Assembly: GCF_009914755.1 (NCBI RefSeq)
Contig: NC_060925.1
Direction: 5' to 3' (one strand)
Source of the DNA: the human T2T-CHM13v2.0 reference genome, Homo sapiens
DNA: 64,000 nt
Under the pieces are notes generated by a model, which was given only the letters and a program-made list of their open reading frames with translations, made no database searches and was not told where the DNA came from. Positions 12,890-29,500 of the stretch are shown piece after piece; position 1 is the first letter of the stretch; each line of letters opens with the position of its first letter. The position numbers and the translations under genes are program-made.

Positions 12890-15800
12890 TTGCAATCGAA
12901 TGTAATCCTCATCAAATGGAATCAAAAATAACCATCATCAATTGGTATTGAATGGAATTGTCATCAAATGGAATTCAAAGGAATCATCATCAAATGGAAC
13001 CGAATGGAATCCTCATTGAATGGAAATGAAAGGGGTCATCATCTAATGGAATCGCATGGAATCATCATCAAATGGAATCGAATGGAATCATCATCAAATG
13101 GAATCTAATGGAATCATTGAACAGAATTGAATGGAATCGTCATCGAATGAATTGAATGCAATCATCGAATGGTCTCGAATGGAATCATCTTCTAATGGAA
13201 AGGAATGGAATCATCGCATAGAATCGAATGGAATTATCATCGAATGGAATCGAATGGTATCAACACCAAACGGAGAAAAACGGAATTATCGAATGGAATC
13301 GAAGAGAATCTTCGAACGGACCCGAATGGAATCATCTAATGGAATGGAATGGAATAATCCATGGACTCGAATGCAATCATCATCGAATGGAATCGAATGG
13401 AATCATCGAATGGACTCGAATGGAATAATCATTGAACGGAATCGAATGGAATCATCATCGGATGGAAACGAATGGAATCATCATCGAATGGAAATGAAAG
13501 GAGTCATCATCTAATGGAATTGCATGGAATCATCATAAAATGGAATCGAATGGAATCAACATCAAATGGAATCAAATGGAATCATTGAACGGAATTGAAT
13601 GGAATCGTCATCGAATGAATTGACTGCAATCATCGAATGGTCTCGAATGGAATCATCTTCAAATGGAATGGAATGGAATCATCGCATAGAATCGAATGGA
13701 ATTATCATCGAATGGAATCGAATGGAATCAACATCAAACGGAAAAAAACGGAATTATCGAATGGAATCGAAGAGAATCATCGAATGGACCCGAATGGAAT
13801 CATCTAATGGAATGGAATGGAATAATCCATGGACTCGAATGCAATCATCATCGAATGGAATCGAATGGAATCATCGAATGGACTCGAATGGAATAATCAT
13901 TGAACGGAATCGAATGGAATCATCATCGGATGGAAATGAATGGAATCATCATCGAATGGAATCGAATAGAATTATGGAATGAAATCCAGTGTGATCATCA
14001 TCGAATGGACCCGAATGGAATCATCATCCAACGGAAGCTAATGGAATCAACATCGAATGAATCGAATGGAAACACCATCGAATTGAAACGAATGGAATTA
14101 TCATGAAATTGAAATGGATGGACTCATCATCGAATGGATTCGAATGGAATCATCGAATAAAATTGATTGAAATCATCATCCAATGGAATCGAATGGTATC
14201 ATTGAATGGAATCGAATGGAATCATCATCAGATGGAAATGAATGGAATCGTCATAGAATGGAATCGAATGGATTCATTGAATGGAATCAGATGGAATCAT
14301 CGAATGGACTGGAATGGAATCATTGAATGGACTCGAAAGGGATCATGATTGAATGGAATTGAATGGAATCATCGAATGGTCTCGATTGGAATCATTATCA
14401 AATGGAATGGAATGGAATCACCGAATAGAATCGAATGGAACAATCATCGAATGGACTCAAATGGAATTATCCTCCAATGGAATCGAATGGAATTATCGAA
14501 TGCAATCGAATGGAATTATCGAATGCAATCGAATAGAATCATCGAATGGACTCGAATGGAATCATCGAATGGAATGGAATGGAACAGTCAATGAACTCGA
14601 ATGGAATCATCATTGAATGGAATCGAATGGAATGATCGAGTGGAATCGAAAGAAATTATGATCAAATGGAAGCGAACGTAATCATCATCAAATGGAATCA
14701 AAAATAACCATAATCAATTGGTATTGAATGGAATTGTCATCAAATGGAATTCAAAGGAATCATCATCAAATGGAACCGAATGGAATCCTCATTGAATGGA
14801 AAAGAAAGGGGTCATCATCTAATGGAATCGCATGGAATCATCATCAAATGGAATCGAATGGAATCATCATCAAATGGAATCTAATGGAATCATTGAACAG
14901 AATTGAATGGAATCGTCATCGAATGAATTGAATGCAATCATCGAATGGTCTCGAATGGAATCATCTTCTAATGGAAAGGAATGGAATCATCGCATAGAAT
15001 CGAATGGAATTATCATCGAATGGAATCGAATGGTATCAACACCAAACGGAAAAAAACGGAATTATCGAATGGAATCGAAGAGAATCTTCGAACGGACCCG
15101 AATGGAATCATCTAATGGAATGGAATGGAATAATCCATGGACTCGAATGCAATCATCATCGAATGGAATGGAATGGAATCATCGAATGGACTCGAATGGA
15201 ATAATCATTGAACGGAATCGAATGGAATCATCATTGGATGGAAACGAATGGAATCATCATCGAATGGAAATGAAAGGAGTCATCATCTAATGGAATTGCA
15301 TGGAATCATCATAAAATGGAATCGAATGGAATCAACATCAAATGGAATCAAATGGAATCATTGAACGGAATTGAATGGAATCGTCATCGAATGAATTGAC
15401 TGCAATCATCGAATGGTCTCGAATGGAATCATCTTCAAATGGAATGGAATGGAATCATCGCATAGAATCGAATGGAATTATCATCGAATGGAATCGAATG
15501 GAATCAACATCAAACGGAAAAAAACGGAATTATCGAATGGAATCGAAGAGAATCATCGAATGGACCCGAATGGAATCATCTAATGGAATGGAATGGAATA
15601 ATCCATGGACTCGAATGCAATCATCATCGAATGGAATCGAATGGAATCATCGAATGGACTCGAATGGAATAATCATTGAACGGAATCGAATGGAATCATC
15701 ATCGGATGGAAATGAATGGAATCATCATCGAATGGAATCGAATAGAATTATGGAATGAAATCCAGTGTGATCATCATCGAATGGACCCGAATGGAATCAT

Positions 15801-18800
15801 CATCCAACGGAAGCTAATGGAATCAACATCGAATGAATCGAATGGAAACACCATCGAATTGAAACGAATGGAATTATCATGAAATTGAAATGGATGGACT
15901 CATCATCGAATGGATTCGAATGGAATCATCGAATAAAATTGATTGAAATCATCATCCAATGGAATCGAATGGTATCATTGAATGGAATCGAATGGAATCA
16001 TCATCAGATGGAAATGAATGGAATCGTCATAGAATGGAATCGAATGGATTCATTGAATGGAATCAGATGGAATCATCGAATGGACTGGAATGGAATCATT
16101 GAATGGACTCGAAAGGGATCATTATTGAATGGAATTGAATGGAATCATCGAATGGTCTCGATTGGAATCATTATCAAATGGAATGGAATGGAATCACCGA
16201 ATAGAATCGAATGGAACAATCATCGAATGGACTCAAATGGAATTATCCTCCAATGGAATCGAATGGAATTATCGAATGCAATCGAATGGAATTATCGAAT
16301 GCAATCGAATAGAATCATCGAATGGACTCGAATGGAATCATCGAATGGAATGGAATGGAACAGTCAATGAACTCGAATGGAATCATCATTGAATGGAATC
16401 GAATGGAATCATCGAGTGGAATCGAATGGAATTATGATCAAATGGAATCGAATGTAATCCTCATCAAATGGAATCAAAAATAACCATCATCAATTGGTAT
16501 TGAATGGAATTGTCATCAAATGGAATTCAAAGGAATCATCATCAAATGGAACCGAATGGAATCCTCATTGAATGGAAATGAAAGGGGTCATCATCTAATG
16601 GAATCGCATGGAATCATCATCAAATGGAATCGAATGGAATCATCATCAAATGGAATCTAATGGAATCATTGAACAGAATTGAATGGAATCGTCATCGAAT
16701 GAATTGAATGCAATCATCGAATGGTCTCGAATGGAATCATCTTCTAATGGAAAGGAATGGAATCATCGCATAGAATCGAATGGAATTATCATCGAATGGA
16801 ATCGAATGGTATCAACATCAAACGGAAAAAAACGGAATTATCGAATGGAATCGAAGAGAATCTTCGAACGGACCCGAATGGAATCATCTAATGGAATGGA
16901 ATGGAATAATCCATGGACTCGAATGCAATCATCATCGAATGGAATGGAATGGAATCATCGAATGGACTCGAATGGAATAATCATTGAACGGAATCGAATG
17001 GAATCATCATCGGATGGAAACGAATGGAATCATCATCGAATGGAAATGAAAGGAGTCATCATCTAATGGAATTGCATGGAATCATCATAAAATGGAATCG
17101 AATGGAATCAACATCAAATGGAATCAAATGGAATCATTGAACGGAATTGAATGGAATCGTCATCGAATGAATTGACTGCAATCATCGAATGGTCTCGAAT
17201 GGAATCATCTTCAAATGGAATGGAATGGAATCATCGCATAGAATCGAATGGAATTATCATCGAATGGAATCGAATGGAATCAACATCAAACGGAAAAAAA
17301 CGGAATTATCGAATGGAATCGAATAGAATCATCGAATGGACCCGAATGGAATCATCTAATGGAATGAAATGGAATAATCCATGGACTCGAATGCAATCAT
17401 CATCGAATGGAATCGAATGGAATCATCGAATGGACTCGAATGGAATAATCATTGAACGGAATCGAATGGAATCATCATCGGATGGAAATGAATGGAATCA
17501 TCATCGAATGGAATCGAATAGAATTATGGAATGAAATCCAGTGTGATCATCATCGAATGGACCCGAATGGAATCATCATCCAACGGAAGCTAATGGAATC
17601 AACATCGAATGAATCGAATGGAAACACCATCGAATTGAAACGAATGGAATTATCATGAAATTGAAATGGATGGACTCATCATCGAATGGATTCGAATGGA
17701 ATCATCGAATAAAATTGATTGAAATCATCATCCAATGGAATCGAATGGTATCATTGAATGGAATCGAATGGAATCATCATCAGATGGAAATGAATGGAAT
17801 CGTCATAGAATGGAATCGAATGGATTCATTGAATGGAATCAGATGGAATCATCGAATGGACTGGAATGGAATCATTGAATGGACTCGAAAGGGATCATGA
17901 TTGAATGGAATTGAATGGAATCATCGAATGGTCTCGATTGGAATCATTATCAAATGGAATGGAATGGAATCACCGAATAGAATCGAATGGAACAATCATC
18001 GAATGGACTCAAATGGAATTATCCTCCAATGGAATCGAATGGAATTATCGAATGCAATCGAATGGAATTATCGAATGCAATCGAATAGAATCATCGAATG
18101 GACTCGAATGGAATCATCGAATGGAATGGAATGGAACAGTCAATGAACTCGAATGGAATCATCATTGAATGGAATCGAATGGAATGATCGAGTGGAATCG
18201 AAAGAAATTATGATCAAATGGAAGCGAACGTAATCATCATCAAATGGAATCAAAAATAACCATAATCAATTGGTATTGAATGGAATTGTCATCAAATGGA
18301 ATTCAAAGGAATCATCATCAAATGGAACCGAATGGAATCCTCATTGAATGGAAAAGAAAGGGGTCATCATCTAATGGAATCGCATGGAATCATCATCAAA
18401 TGGAATCGAATGGAATCATCATCAAATGGAATCTAATGGAATCATTGAACAGAATTGAATGGAATCGTCATCGAATGAATTGAATGCAATCATCGAATGG
18501 TCTCGAATGGAATCATCTTCTAATGGAAAGGAATGGAATCATCGCATAGAATCGAATGGAATTATCATCGAATGGAATCGAATGGTATCAACACCAAACG
18601 GAAAAAAACGGAATTATCGAATGGAATCGAAGAGAATCTTCGAACGGACCCGAATGGAATCATCTAATGGAATGGAATGGAATAATCCATGGACTCGAAT
18701 GCAATCATCATCGAATGGAATGGAATGGAATCATCGAATGGACTCGAATGGAATAATCATTGAACGGAATCGAATGGAATCATCATTGGATGGAAACGAA

Positions 18801-21800
18801 TGGAATCATCATCGAATGGAAATGAAAGGAGTCATCATCTAATGGAATTGCATGGAATCATCATAAAATGGAATCGAATGGAATCAACATCAAATGGAAT
18901 CAAATGGAATCATTGAACGGAATTGAATGGAATCGTCATCGAATGAATTGACTGCAATCATCGAATGGTCTCGAATGGAATCATCTTCAAATGGAATGGA
19001 ATGGAATCATCGCATAGAATCGAATGGAATTATCATCGAATGGAATCGAATGGAATCAACATCAAACGGAAAAAAACGGAATTATCGAATGGAATCGAAG
19101 AGAATCATCGAATGGACCCGAATGGAATCATCTAATGGAATGGAATGGAATAATCCATGGACTCGAATGCAATCATCATCGAATGGAATCGAATGGAATC
19201 ATCGAATGGACTCGAATGGAATAATCATTGAACGGAATCGAATGGAATCATCATCGGATGGAAATGAATGGAATCATCATCGAATGGAATCGAATAGAAT
19301 TATGGAATGAAATCCAGTGTGATCATCATCGAATGGACCCGAATGGAATCATCATCCAACGGAAGCTAATGGAATCAACATCGAATGAATCAAATGGAAA
19401 CACCATCGAATTGAAACGAATGGAATTATCATGAAATTGAAATGGATGGACTCATCATCGAATGGATTCGAATGGAATCATCGAATAAAATTGATTGAAA
19501 TCATCATCCAATGGAATCGAATGGTATCATTGAATGGAATCGAATGGAATCATCATCAGATGGAAATGAATGGAATCGTCATAGAATGGAATCGAATGGA
19601 TTCATTGAATGGAATCAGATGGAATCATCGAATGGACTGGAATGGAATCATTGAATGGACTCGAAAGGGATCATGATTGAATGGAATTGAATGGAATCAT
19701 CGAATGGTCTCGATTGGAATCATTATCAAATGGAATGGAATGGAATCACCGAATAGAATCGAATGGAACAATCATCGAATGGACTCAAATGGAATTATCC
19801 TCCAATGGAATCGAATGGAATTATCGAATGCAATCGAATGGAATTATCGAATGCAATCGAATAGAATCATCGAATGGACTCGAATGGAATCATCAAATGG
19901 AATGGAATGGAACAGTCAATGAACTCGAATGGAATCATCATTGAATGGAATCGAATGGAATCATCGAGTGGAATCGAATGGAATTATGATCAAATGGAAT
20001 CGAATGTAATCCTCATCAAATGGAATCAAAAATAACCATCATCAATTGGTATTGAATGGAATTGTCATCAAATGGAATTCAAAGGAATCATCATCAAATG
20101 GAACCGAATGGAATCCTCATTGAATGGAAATGAAAGGGGTCATCATCTAATGGAATCGCATGGAATCATCATCAAATGGAATCGAATGGAATCATCATCA
20201 AATGGAATCTAATGGAATCATTGAACAGAATTGAATGGAATCGTCATCGAATGAATTGAATGCAATCATCGAATGGTCTCGAATGGAATCATCTTCTAAT
20301 GGAAAGGAATGGAATCATCGCATAGAATCGAATGGAATTATCATCGAATGGAATCGAATGGTATCAACATCAAACGGAAAAAAACGGAATTATCGAATGG
20401 AATCGAAGAGAATCTTCGAACGGACCCGAATGGAATCATCTAATGGAATGGAATGGAATAATCCATGGACTCGAATGCAATCATCATCGAATGGAATGGA
20501 ATGGAATCATCGAATGGACTCGAATGGAATAATCATTGAACGGAATCGAATGGAATCATCATCGGATGGAAACGAATGGAATCATCATCGAATGGAAATG
20601 AAAGGAGTCATCATCTAATGGAATTGCATGGAATCATCATAAAATGGAATCGAATGGAATCAACATCAAATGGAATCAAATGGAATCATTGAACGGAATT
20701 GAATGGAATCGTCATCGAATGAATTGACTGCAATCATCGAATGGTCTCGAATGGAATCATCTTCAAATGGAATGGAATGGAATCATCGCATAGAATCGAA
20801 TGGAATTATCATCGAATGGAATCGAATGGAATCAACATCAAACGGAAAAAAACGGAATTATCGAATGGAATCGAAGAGAATCATCGAATGGACCCGAATG
20901 GAATCATCTAATGGAATGAAATGGAATAATCCATGGACTCGAATGCAATCATCATCGAATGGAATCGAATGGAATCATCGAATGGACTCGAATGGAATAA
21001 TCATTGAACGGAATCGAATGGAATCATCATCGGATGGAAATGAATGGAATCATCATCGAATGGAATCGAATAGAATTATGGAATGAAATCCAGTGTGATC
21101 ATCATCGAATGGACCCGAATGGAATCATCATCCAACGGAAGCTAATGGAATCAACATCGAATGAATCGAATGGAAACACCATCGAATTGAAACGAATGGA
21201 ATTATCATGAAATTGAAATGGATGGACTCATCATCGAATGGATTCGAATGGAATCATCGAATAAAATTGATTGAAATCATCATCCAATGGAATCGAATGG
21301 TATCATTGAATGGAATCGAATGGAATCATCATCAGATGGAAATGAATGGAATCGTCATAGAATGGAATCGAATGGATTCATTGAATGGAATCAGATGGAA
21401 TCATCGAATGGACTGGAATGGAATCATTGAATGGACTCGAAAGGGATCATTATTGAATGGAATTGAATGGAATCATCGAATGGTCTCGATTGGAATCATT
21501 ATCAAATGGAATGGAATGGAATCACCGAATAGAATCGAATGGAACAATCATCGAATGGACTCAAATGGAATTATCCTCCAATGGAATCGAATGGAATTAT
21601 CGAATGCAATCGAATGGAATTATCGAATGCAATCGAATAGAATCATCGAATGGACTCGAATGGAATCATCGAATGGAATGGAATGGAACAGTCAATGAAC
21701 TCGAATGGAATCATCATTGAATGGAATCGAATGGAATCATCGAGTGGAATCGAATGGAATTATGATCAAATGGAACCGAATGTAATCCTCATCAAATGGA

Positions 21801-23546
21801 ATCAAAAATAACCATCATCAATTGGTATTGAATGGAATTGTCATCAAATGGAATTCAAAGGAATCATCATCAAATGGAACCGAATGGAATCCTCATTGAA
21901 TGGAAATGAAAGGGGTCATCATCTAATGGAATTGCATGGAATCATCATCAAATGGAATCGAATGGAATCATCATCAAATGGAATCTAATGGAATCATTGA
22001 ACAGAATTGAATGGAATCGTCATCGAATGAATTGAATGCAATCATCGAATGGTCTCGAATGGAATCATCTTCTAATGGAAAGGAATGGAATCATCGCATA
22101 GAATCGAATGGAATTATCATCGAATGGAATCGAATGGTATCAACACCAAACGGAAAAAAACGGAATTATCGAATGGAATCGAAGAGAATCTTCGAATGGA
22201 CCCGAATGGAATCATCTAATGGAATGGAATGGAATAATCCATGGACTCGAATGCAATCATCATCGAATGGAATCGAATGGAATCATCGAATGGACTCGAA
22301 TGGAATAATCATTGAACGGAATCGAATGGAATCATCATCGGATGGAAACGAATGGAATCATCATCGAATGGAAATGAAAGGAGTCATCATCTAATGGAAT
22401 TGCATGGAATCATCATAAAATGGAATCGAATGGAATCAACATCAAATGGAATCAAATGGAATCATTGAACGGAATTGAATGAAATCGTCATCGAATGAAT
22501 TGAATGCAATCATCGAATGGTCTCGAATGGAATCATCTTCAAATGGAATGGAATGGAATCATCGCATAGAATCGAATGGAATTATCATCGAATGGAATCG
22601 AATGGAATCAACATCAAACGGAAAAAAAAGTAATTATCGAATGGAATCGAAGAGAATCATCGAATGGACCCGAATGGAATCATCTAATGGAATGGAATGG
22701 AATAATCCATGGACTCGAATGCAATCATCATCGAATGGAATCGAATGGAATCATCGAATGGACTCGAATGGAATAATCATTGAACGGAATCGAATGGAAT
22801 CATCATCGGATGGAAATGAATGGAATCATCATCGAATGGAATCGAATAGAATTATGGAATGAAATCCAGTGTGATCATCATCGAATGGACCCGAATGGAA
22901 TCATCATCCAACGGAAGCTAATGGAATCAACATCGAATGAATCAAATGGAAACACCATCGAATTGAAACGAATGGAATTATCATGAAATTGAAATGGATG
23001 GACTCATCATCGAATGGATTCGAATGGAATCATCGAATAAAATTGATTGAAATCATCATCGAATGGAATCGAATGGTATCATTGAATGGAATCGAATGGA
23101 ATCATCATCAGATGGAAATGAATGGAATCGTCATAGAATGGAATCGAATGGATTCATTGAATGGAATCAGATGGAATCATCGAATGGACTGGAATGGAAT
23201 CATTGAATGGACTCGAAAGGGATCATGATTGAATGGAATTGAATGGAATCATCGAATGGTCTCGATTGGAATCATTATCAAATGGAATCGAATGGAATCA
23301 CCGAATAGAATCGAATGGAACAATCATCGAATGGACTCAAATGGAATTATCCTCAAATGGAATCGAATGGAATTATCGAATGCAATCGAATGGAATTATC
23401 GAATGCAATCGAATAGAATCATCGAATGGACTCGAATGGAATCATCGAATGGAATGGAATGGAACAGTCAATGAACTCGAATGGAATCATCATTGAATGG
23501 AATCGAATGGAATCATCGAGTGGAATCGAATGGAATTATGATCAAA
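12890..23546 (+). repeat. Six-unit higher-order repeat, copy 1 (10,657 bp; unit types E-L-S-L-S-W/K)
   Basis: The CAAATTGCAATC (+1 T) marker is at 12890 and 23547. Ordered variants: GGAGAAAAACGG (E); ATGATCGAG...GAAAGAAATT...AAGCGAACG (L); GGTATCAACATC plus GAATGAAATGG (S); CTTCGAATGG (W); GAATGAAATCG and AAAAAAAGTAATT (K). Confidence 0.9.
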
Positions 23547-26500
23547 TTGCAATCGAATGTAATCCTCATCAAATGGAATCAAAAATAACCATCATCAATT
23601 GGTATTGAATGGAATTGTCATCAAATGGAATTCAAAGGAATCATCATCAAATGGAACCGAATGGAATCCTCATTGAATGGAAATGAAAGGGGTCATCATC
23701 TAATGGAATCGCATGGAATCATCATCAAATGGAATCGAATGGAATCATCATCAAATGGAATCTAATGGAATCATTGAACAGAATTGAATGGAATCGTCAT
23801 CGAATGAATTGAATGCAATCATCGAATGGTCTCGAATGGAATCATCTTCTAATGGAAAGGAATGGAATCATCGCATAGAATCGAATGGAATTATCATCGA
23901 ATGGAATCGAATGGTATCAACACCAAACGGAGAAAAACGGAATTATCGAATGGAATCGAAGAGAATCTTCGAACGGACCCGAATGGAATCATCTAATGGA
24001 ATGGAATGGAATAATCCATGGACTCGAATGCAATCATCATCGAATGGAATCGAATGGAATCATCGAATGGACTCGAATGGAATAATCATTGAACGGAATC
24101 GAATGGAATCATCATCGGATGGAAACGAATGGAATCATCATCGAATGGAAATGAAAGGAGTCATCATCTAATGGAATTGCATGGAATCATCATAAAATGG
24201 AATCGAATGGAATCAACATCAAATGGAATCAAATGGAATCATTGAACGGAATTGAATGGAATCGTCATCGAATGAATTGACTGCAATCATCGAATGGTCT
24301 CGAATGGAATCATCTTCAAATGGAATGGAATGGAATCATCGCATAGAATCGAATGGAATTATCATCGAATGGAATCGAATGGAATCAACATCAAACGGAA
24401 AAAAACGGAATTATCGAATGGAATCGAAGAGAATCATCGAATGGACCCGAATGGAATCATCTAATGGAATGGAATGGAATAATCCATGGACTCGAATGCA
24501 ATCATCATCGAATGGAATCGAATGGAATCATCGAATGGACTCGAATGGAATAATCATTGAACGGAATCGAATGGAATCATCATCGGATGGAAATGAATGG
24601 AATCATCATCGAATGGAATCGAATAGAATTATGGAATGAAATCCAGTGTGATCATCATCGAATGGACCCGAATGGAATCATCATCCAACGGAAGCTAATG
24701 GAATCAACATCGAATGAATCGAATGGAAACACCATCGAATTGAAACGAATGGAATTATCATGAAATTGAAATGGATGGACTCATCATCGAATGGATTCGA
24801 ATGGAATCATCGAATAAAATTGATTGAAATCATCATCCAATGGAATCGAATGGTATCATTGAATGGAATCGAATGGAATCATCATCAGATGGAAATGAAT
24901 GGAATCGTCATAGAATGGAATCGAATGGATTCATTGAATGGAATCAGATGGAATCATCGAATGGACTGGAATGGAATCATTGAATGGACTCGAAAGGGAT
25001 CATGATTGAATGGAATTGAATGGAATCATCGAATGGTCTCGATTGGAATCATTATCAAATGGAATGGAATGGAATCACCGAATAGAATCGAATGGAACAA
25101 TCATCGAATGGACTCAAATGGAATTATCCTCCAATGGAATCGAATGGAATTATCGAATGCAATCGAATGGAATTATCGAATGCAATCGAATAGAATCATC
25201 GAATGGACTCGAATGGAATCATCGAATGGAATGGAATGGAACAGTCAATGAACTCGAATGGAATCATCATTGAATGGAATCGAATGGAATGATCGAGTGG
25301 AATCGAAAGAAATTATGATCAAATGGAAGCGAACGTAATCATCATCAAATGGAATCAAAAATAACCATAATCAATTGGTATTGAATGGAATTGTCATCAA
25401 ATGGAATTCAAAGGAATCATCATCAAATGGAACCGAATGGAATCCTCATTGAATGGAAAAGAAAGGGGTCATCATCTAATGGAATCGCATGGAATCATCA
25501 TCAAATGGAATCGAATGGAATCATCATCAAATGGAATCTAATGGAATCATTGAACAGAATTGAATGGAATCGTCATCGAATGAATTGAATGCAATCATCG
25601 AATGGTCTCGAATGGAATCATCTTCTAATGGAAAGGAATGGAATCATCGCATAGAATCGAATGGAATTATCATCGAATGGAATCGAATGGTATCAACACC
25701 AAACGGAAAAAAACGGAATTATCGAATGGAATCGAAGAGAATCTTCGAACGGACCCGAATGGAATCATCTAATGGAATGGAATGGAATAATCCATGGACT
25801 CGAATGCAATCATCATCGAATGGAATGGAATGGAATCATCGAATGGACTCGAATGGAATAATCATTGAACGGAATCGAATGGAATCATCATTGGATGGAA
25901 ACGAATGGAATCATCATCGAATGGAAATGAAAGGAGTCATCATCTAATGGAATTGCATGGAATCATCATAAAATGGAATCGAATGGAATCAACATCAAAT
26001 GGAATCAAATGGAATCATTGAACGGAATTGAATGGAATCGTCATCGAATGAATTGACTGCAATCATCGAATGGTCTCGAATGGAATCATCTTCAAATGGA
26101 ATGGAATGGAATCATCGCATAGAATCGAATGGAATTATCATCGAATGGAATCGAATGGAATCAACATCAAACGGAAAAAAACGGAATTATCGAATGGAAT
26201 CGAAGAGAATCATCGAATGGACCCGAATGGAATCATCTAATGGAATGGAATGGAATAATCCATGGACTCGAATGCAATCATCATCGAATGGAATCGAATG
26301 GAATCATCGAATGGACTCGAATGGAATAATCATTGAACGGAATCGAATGGAATCATCATCGGATGGAAATGAATGGAATCATCATCGAATGGAATCGAAT
26401 AGAATTATGGAATGAAATCCAGTGTGATCATCATCGAATGGACCCGAATGGAATCATCATCCAACGGAAGCTAATGGAATCAACATCGAATGAATCGAAT

Positions 26501-29500
26501 GGAAACACCATCGAATTGAAACGAATGGAATTATCATGAAATTGAAATGGATGGACTCATCATCGAATGGATTCGAATGGAATCATCGAATAAAATTGAT
26601 TGAAATCATCATCAAATGGAATCGAATGGTATCATTGAATGGAATCGAATGGAATCATCATCAGATGGAAATGAATGGAATCGTCATAGAATGGAATCGA
26701 ATGGATTCATTGAATGGAATCAGATGGAATCATCGAATGGACTGGAATGGAATCATTGAATGGACTCGAAAGGGATCATTATTGAATGGAATTGAATGGA
26801 ATCATCGAATGGTCTCGATTGGAATCATTATCAAATGGAATGGAATGGAATCACCGAATAGAATCGAATGGAACAATCATCGAATGGACTCAAATGGAAT
26901 TATCCTCCAATGGAATCGAATGGAATTATCGAATGCAATCGAATGGAATTATCGAATGCAATCGAATAGAATCATCGAATGGACTCGAATGGAATCATCG
27001 AATGGAATGGAATGGAACAGTCAATGAACTCGAATGGAATCATCATTGAATGGAATCGAATGGAATCATCGAGTGGAATCGAATGGAATTATGATCAAAT
27101 GGAATCGAATGTAATCCTCATCAAATGGAATCAAAAATAACCATCATCAATTGGTATTGAATGGAATTGTCATCAAATGGAATTCAAAGGAATCATCATC
27201 AAATGGAACCGAATGGAATCCTCATTGAATGGAAATGAAAGGGGTCATCATCTAATGGAATCGCATGGAATCATCATCAAATGGAATCGAATGGAATCAT
27301 CATCAAATGGAATCTAATGGAATCATTGAACAGAATTGAATGGAATCGTCATCGAATGAATTGAATGCAATCATCGAATGGTCTCGAATGGAATCATCTT
27401 CTAATGGAAAGGAATGGAATCATCGCATAGAATCGAATGGAATTATCATCGAATGGAATCGAATGGTATCAACATCAAACGGAAAAAAACGGAATTATCG
27501 AATGGAATCGAAGAGAATCTTCGAACGGACCCGAATGGAATCATCTAATGGAATGGAATGGAATAATCCATGGACTCGAATGCAATCATCATCGAATGGA
27601 ATGGAATGGAATCATCGAATGGACTCGAATGGAATAATCATTGAACGGAATCGAATGGAATCATCATCGGATGGAAACGAATGGAATCATCATCGAATGG
27701 AAATGAAAGGAGTCATCATCTAATGGAATTGCATGGAATCATCATAAAATGGAATCGAATGGAATCAACATCAAATGGAATCAAATGGAATCATTGAACG
27801 GAATTGAATGGAATCGTCATCGAATGAATTGACTGCAATCATTGAATGGTCTCGAATGGAATCATCTTCAAATGGAATGGAATGGAATCATCGCATAGAA
27901 TCGAATGGAATTATCATCGAATGGAATCGAATGGAATCAACATCAAACGGAAAAAAACGGAATTATCGAATGGAATCGAATAGAATCATCGAATGGACCC
28001 GAATGGAATCATCTAATGGAATGAAATGGAATAATCCATGGACTCGAATGCAATCATCATCGAATGGAATCGAATGGAATCATCGAATGGACTCGAATGG
28101 AATAATCATTGAACGGAATCGAATGGAATCATCATCGGATGGAAATGAATGGAATCATCATCGAATGGAATCGAATAGAATTATGGAATGAAATCCAGTG
28201 TGATCATCATCGAATGGACCCGAATGGAATCATCATCCAACGGAAGCTAATGGAATCAACATCGAATGAATCGAATGGAAACACCATCGAATTGAAACGA
28301 ATGGAATTATCATGAAATTGAAATGGATGGACTCATCATCGAATGGATTCGAATGGAATCATCGAATAAAATTGATTGAAATCATCATCCAATGGAATCG
28401 AATGGTATCATTGAATGGAATCGAATGGAATCATCATCAGATGGAAATGAATGGAATCGTCATAGAATGGAATCGAATGGATTCATTGAATGGAATCAGA
28501 TGGAATCATCGAATGGACTGGAATGGAATCATTGAATGGACTCGAAAGGGATCATTATTGAATGGAATTGAATGGAATCATCGAATGGTCTCGATTGGAA
28601 TCATTATCAAATGGAATGGAATGGAATCACCGAATAGAATCGAATGGAACAATCATCGAATGGACTCAAATGGAATTATCCTCCAATGGAATCGAATGGA
28701 ATTATCGAATGCAATCGAATGGAATTATCGAATGCAATCGAATAGAATCATCGAATGGACTCGAATGGAATCATCGAATGGAATGGAATGGAACAGTCAA
28801 TGAACTCGAATGGAATCATCATTGAATGGAATCGAATGGAATGATCGAGTGGAATCGAAAGAAATTATGATCAAATGGAAGCGAACGTAATCATCATCAA
28901 ATGGAATCAAAAATAACCATAATCAATTGGTATTGAATGGAATTGTCATCAAATGGAATTCAAAGGAATCATCATCAAATGGAACCGAATGGAATCCTCA
29001 TTGAATGGAAAAGAAAGGGGTCATCATCTAATGGAATCGCATGGAATCATCATCAAATGGAATCGAATGGAATCATCATCAAATGGAATCTAATGGAATC
29101 ATTGAACAGAATTGAATGGAATCGTCATCGAATGAATTGAATGCAATCATCGAATGGTCTCGAATGGAATCATCTTCTAATGGAAAGGAATGGAATCATC
29201 GCATAGAATCGAATGGAATTATCATCGAATGGAATCGAATGGTATCAACACCAAACGGAAAAAAACGGAATTATCGAATGGAATCGAAGAGAATCTTCGA
29301 ACGGACCCGAATGGAATCATCTAATGGAATGGAATGGAATAATCCATGGACTCGAATGCAATCATCATCGAATGGAATGGAATGGAATCATCGAATGGAC
29401 TCGAATGGAATAATCATTGAACGGAATCGAATGGAATCATCATTGGATGGAAACGAATGGAATCATCATCGAATGGAAATGAAAGGAGTCATCATCTAAT

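Noticed and set aside
22190-22205. B-type alleles in S and W A-subunits (AACATC, CTTCGAATGG) as proof of A/B conversion
   Set aside because: Each is a single C>T change, one at a CpG, so independent mutation explains it equally well.
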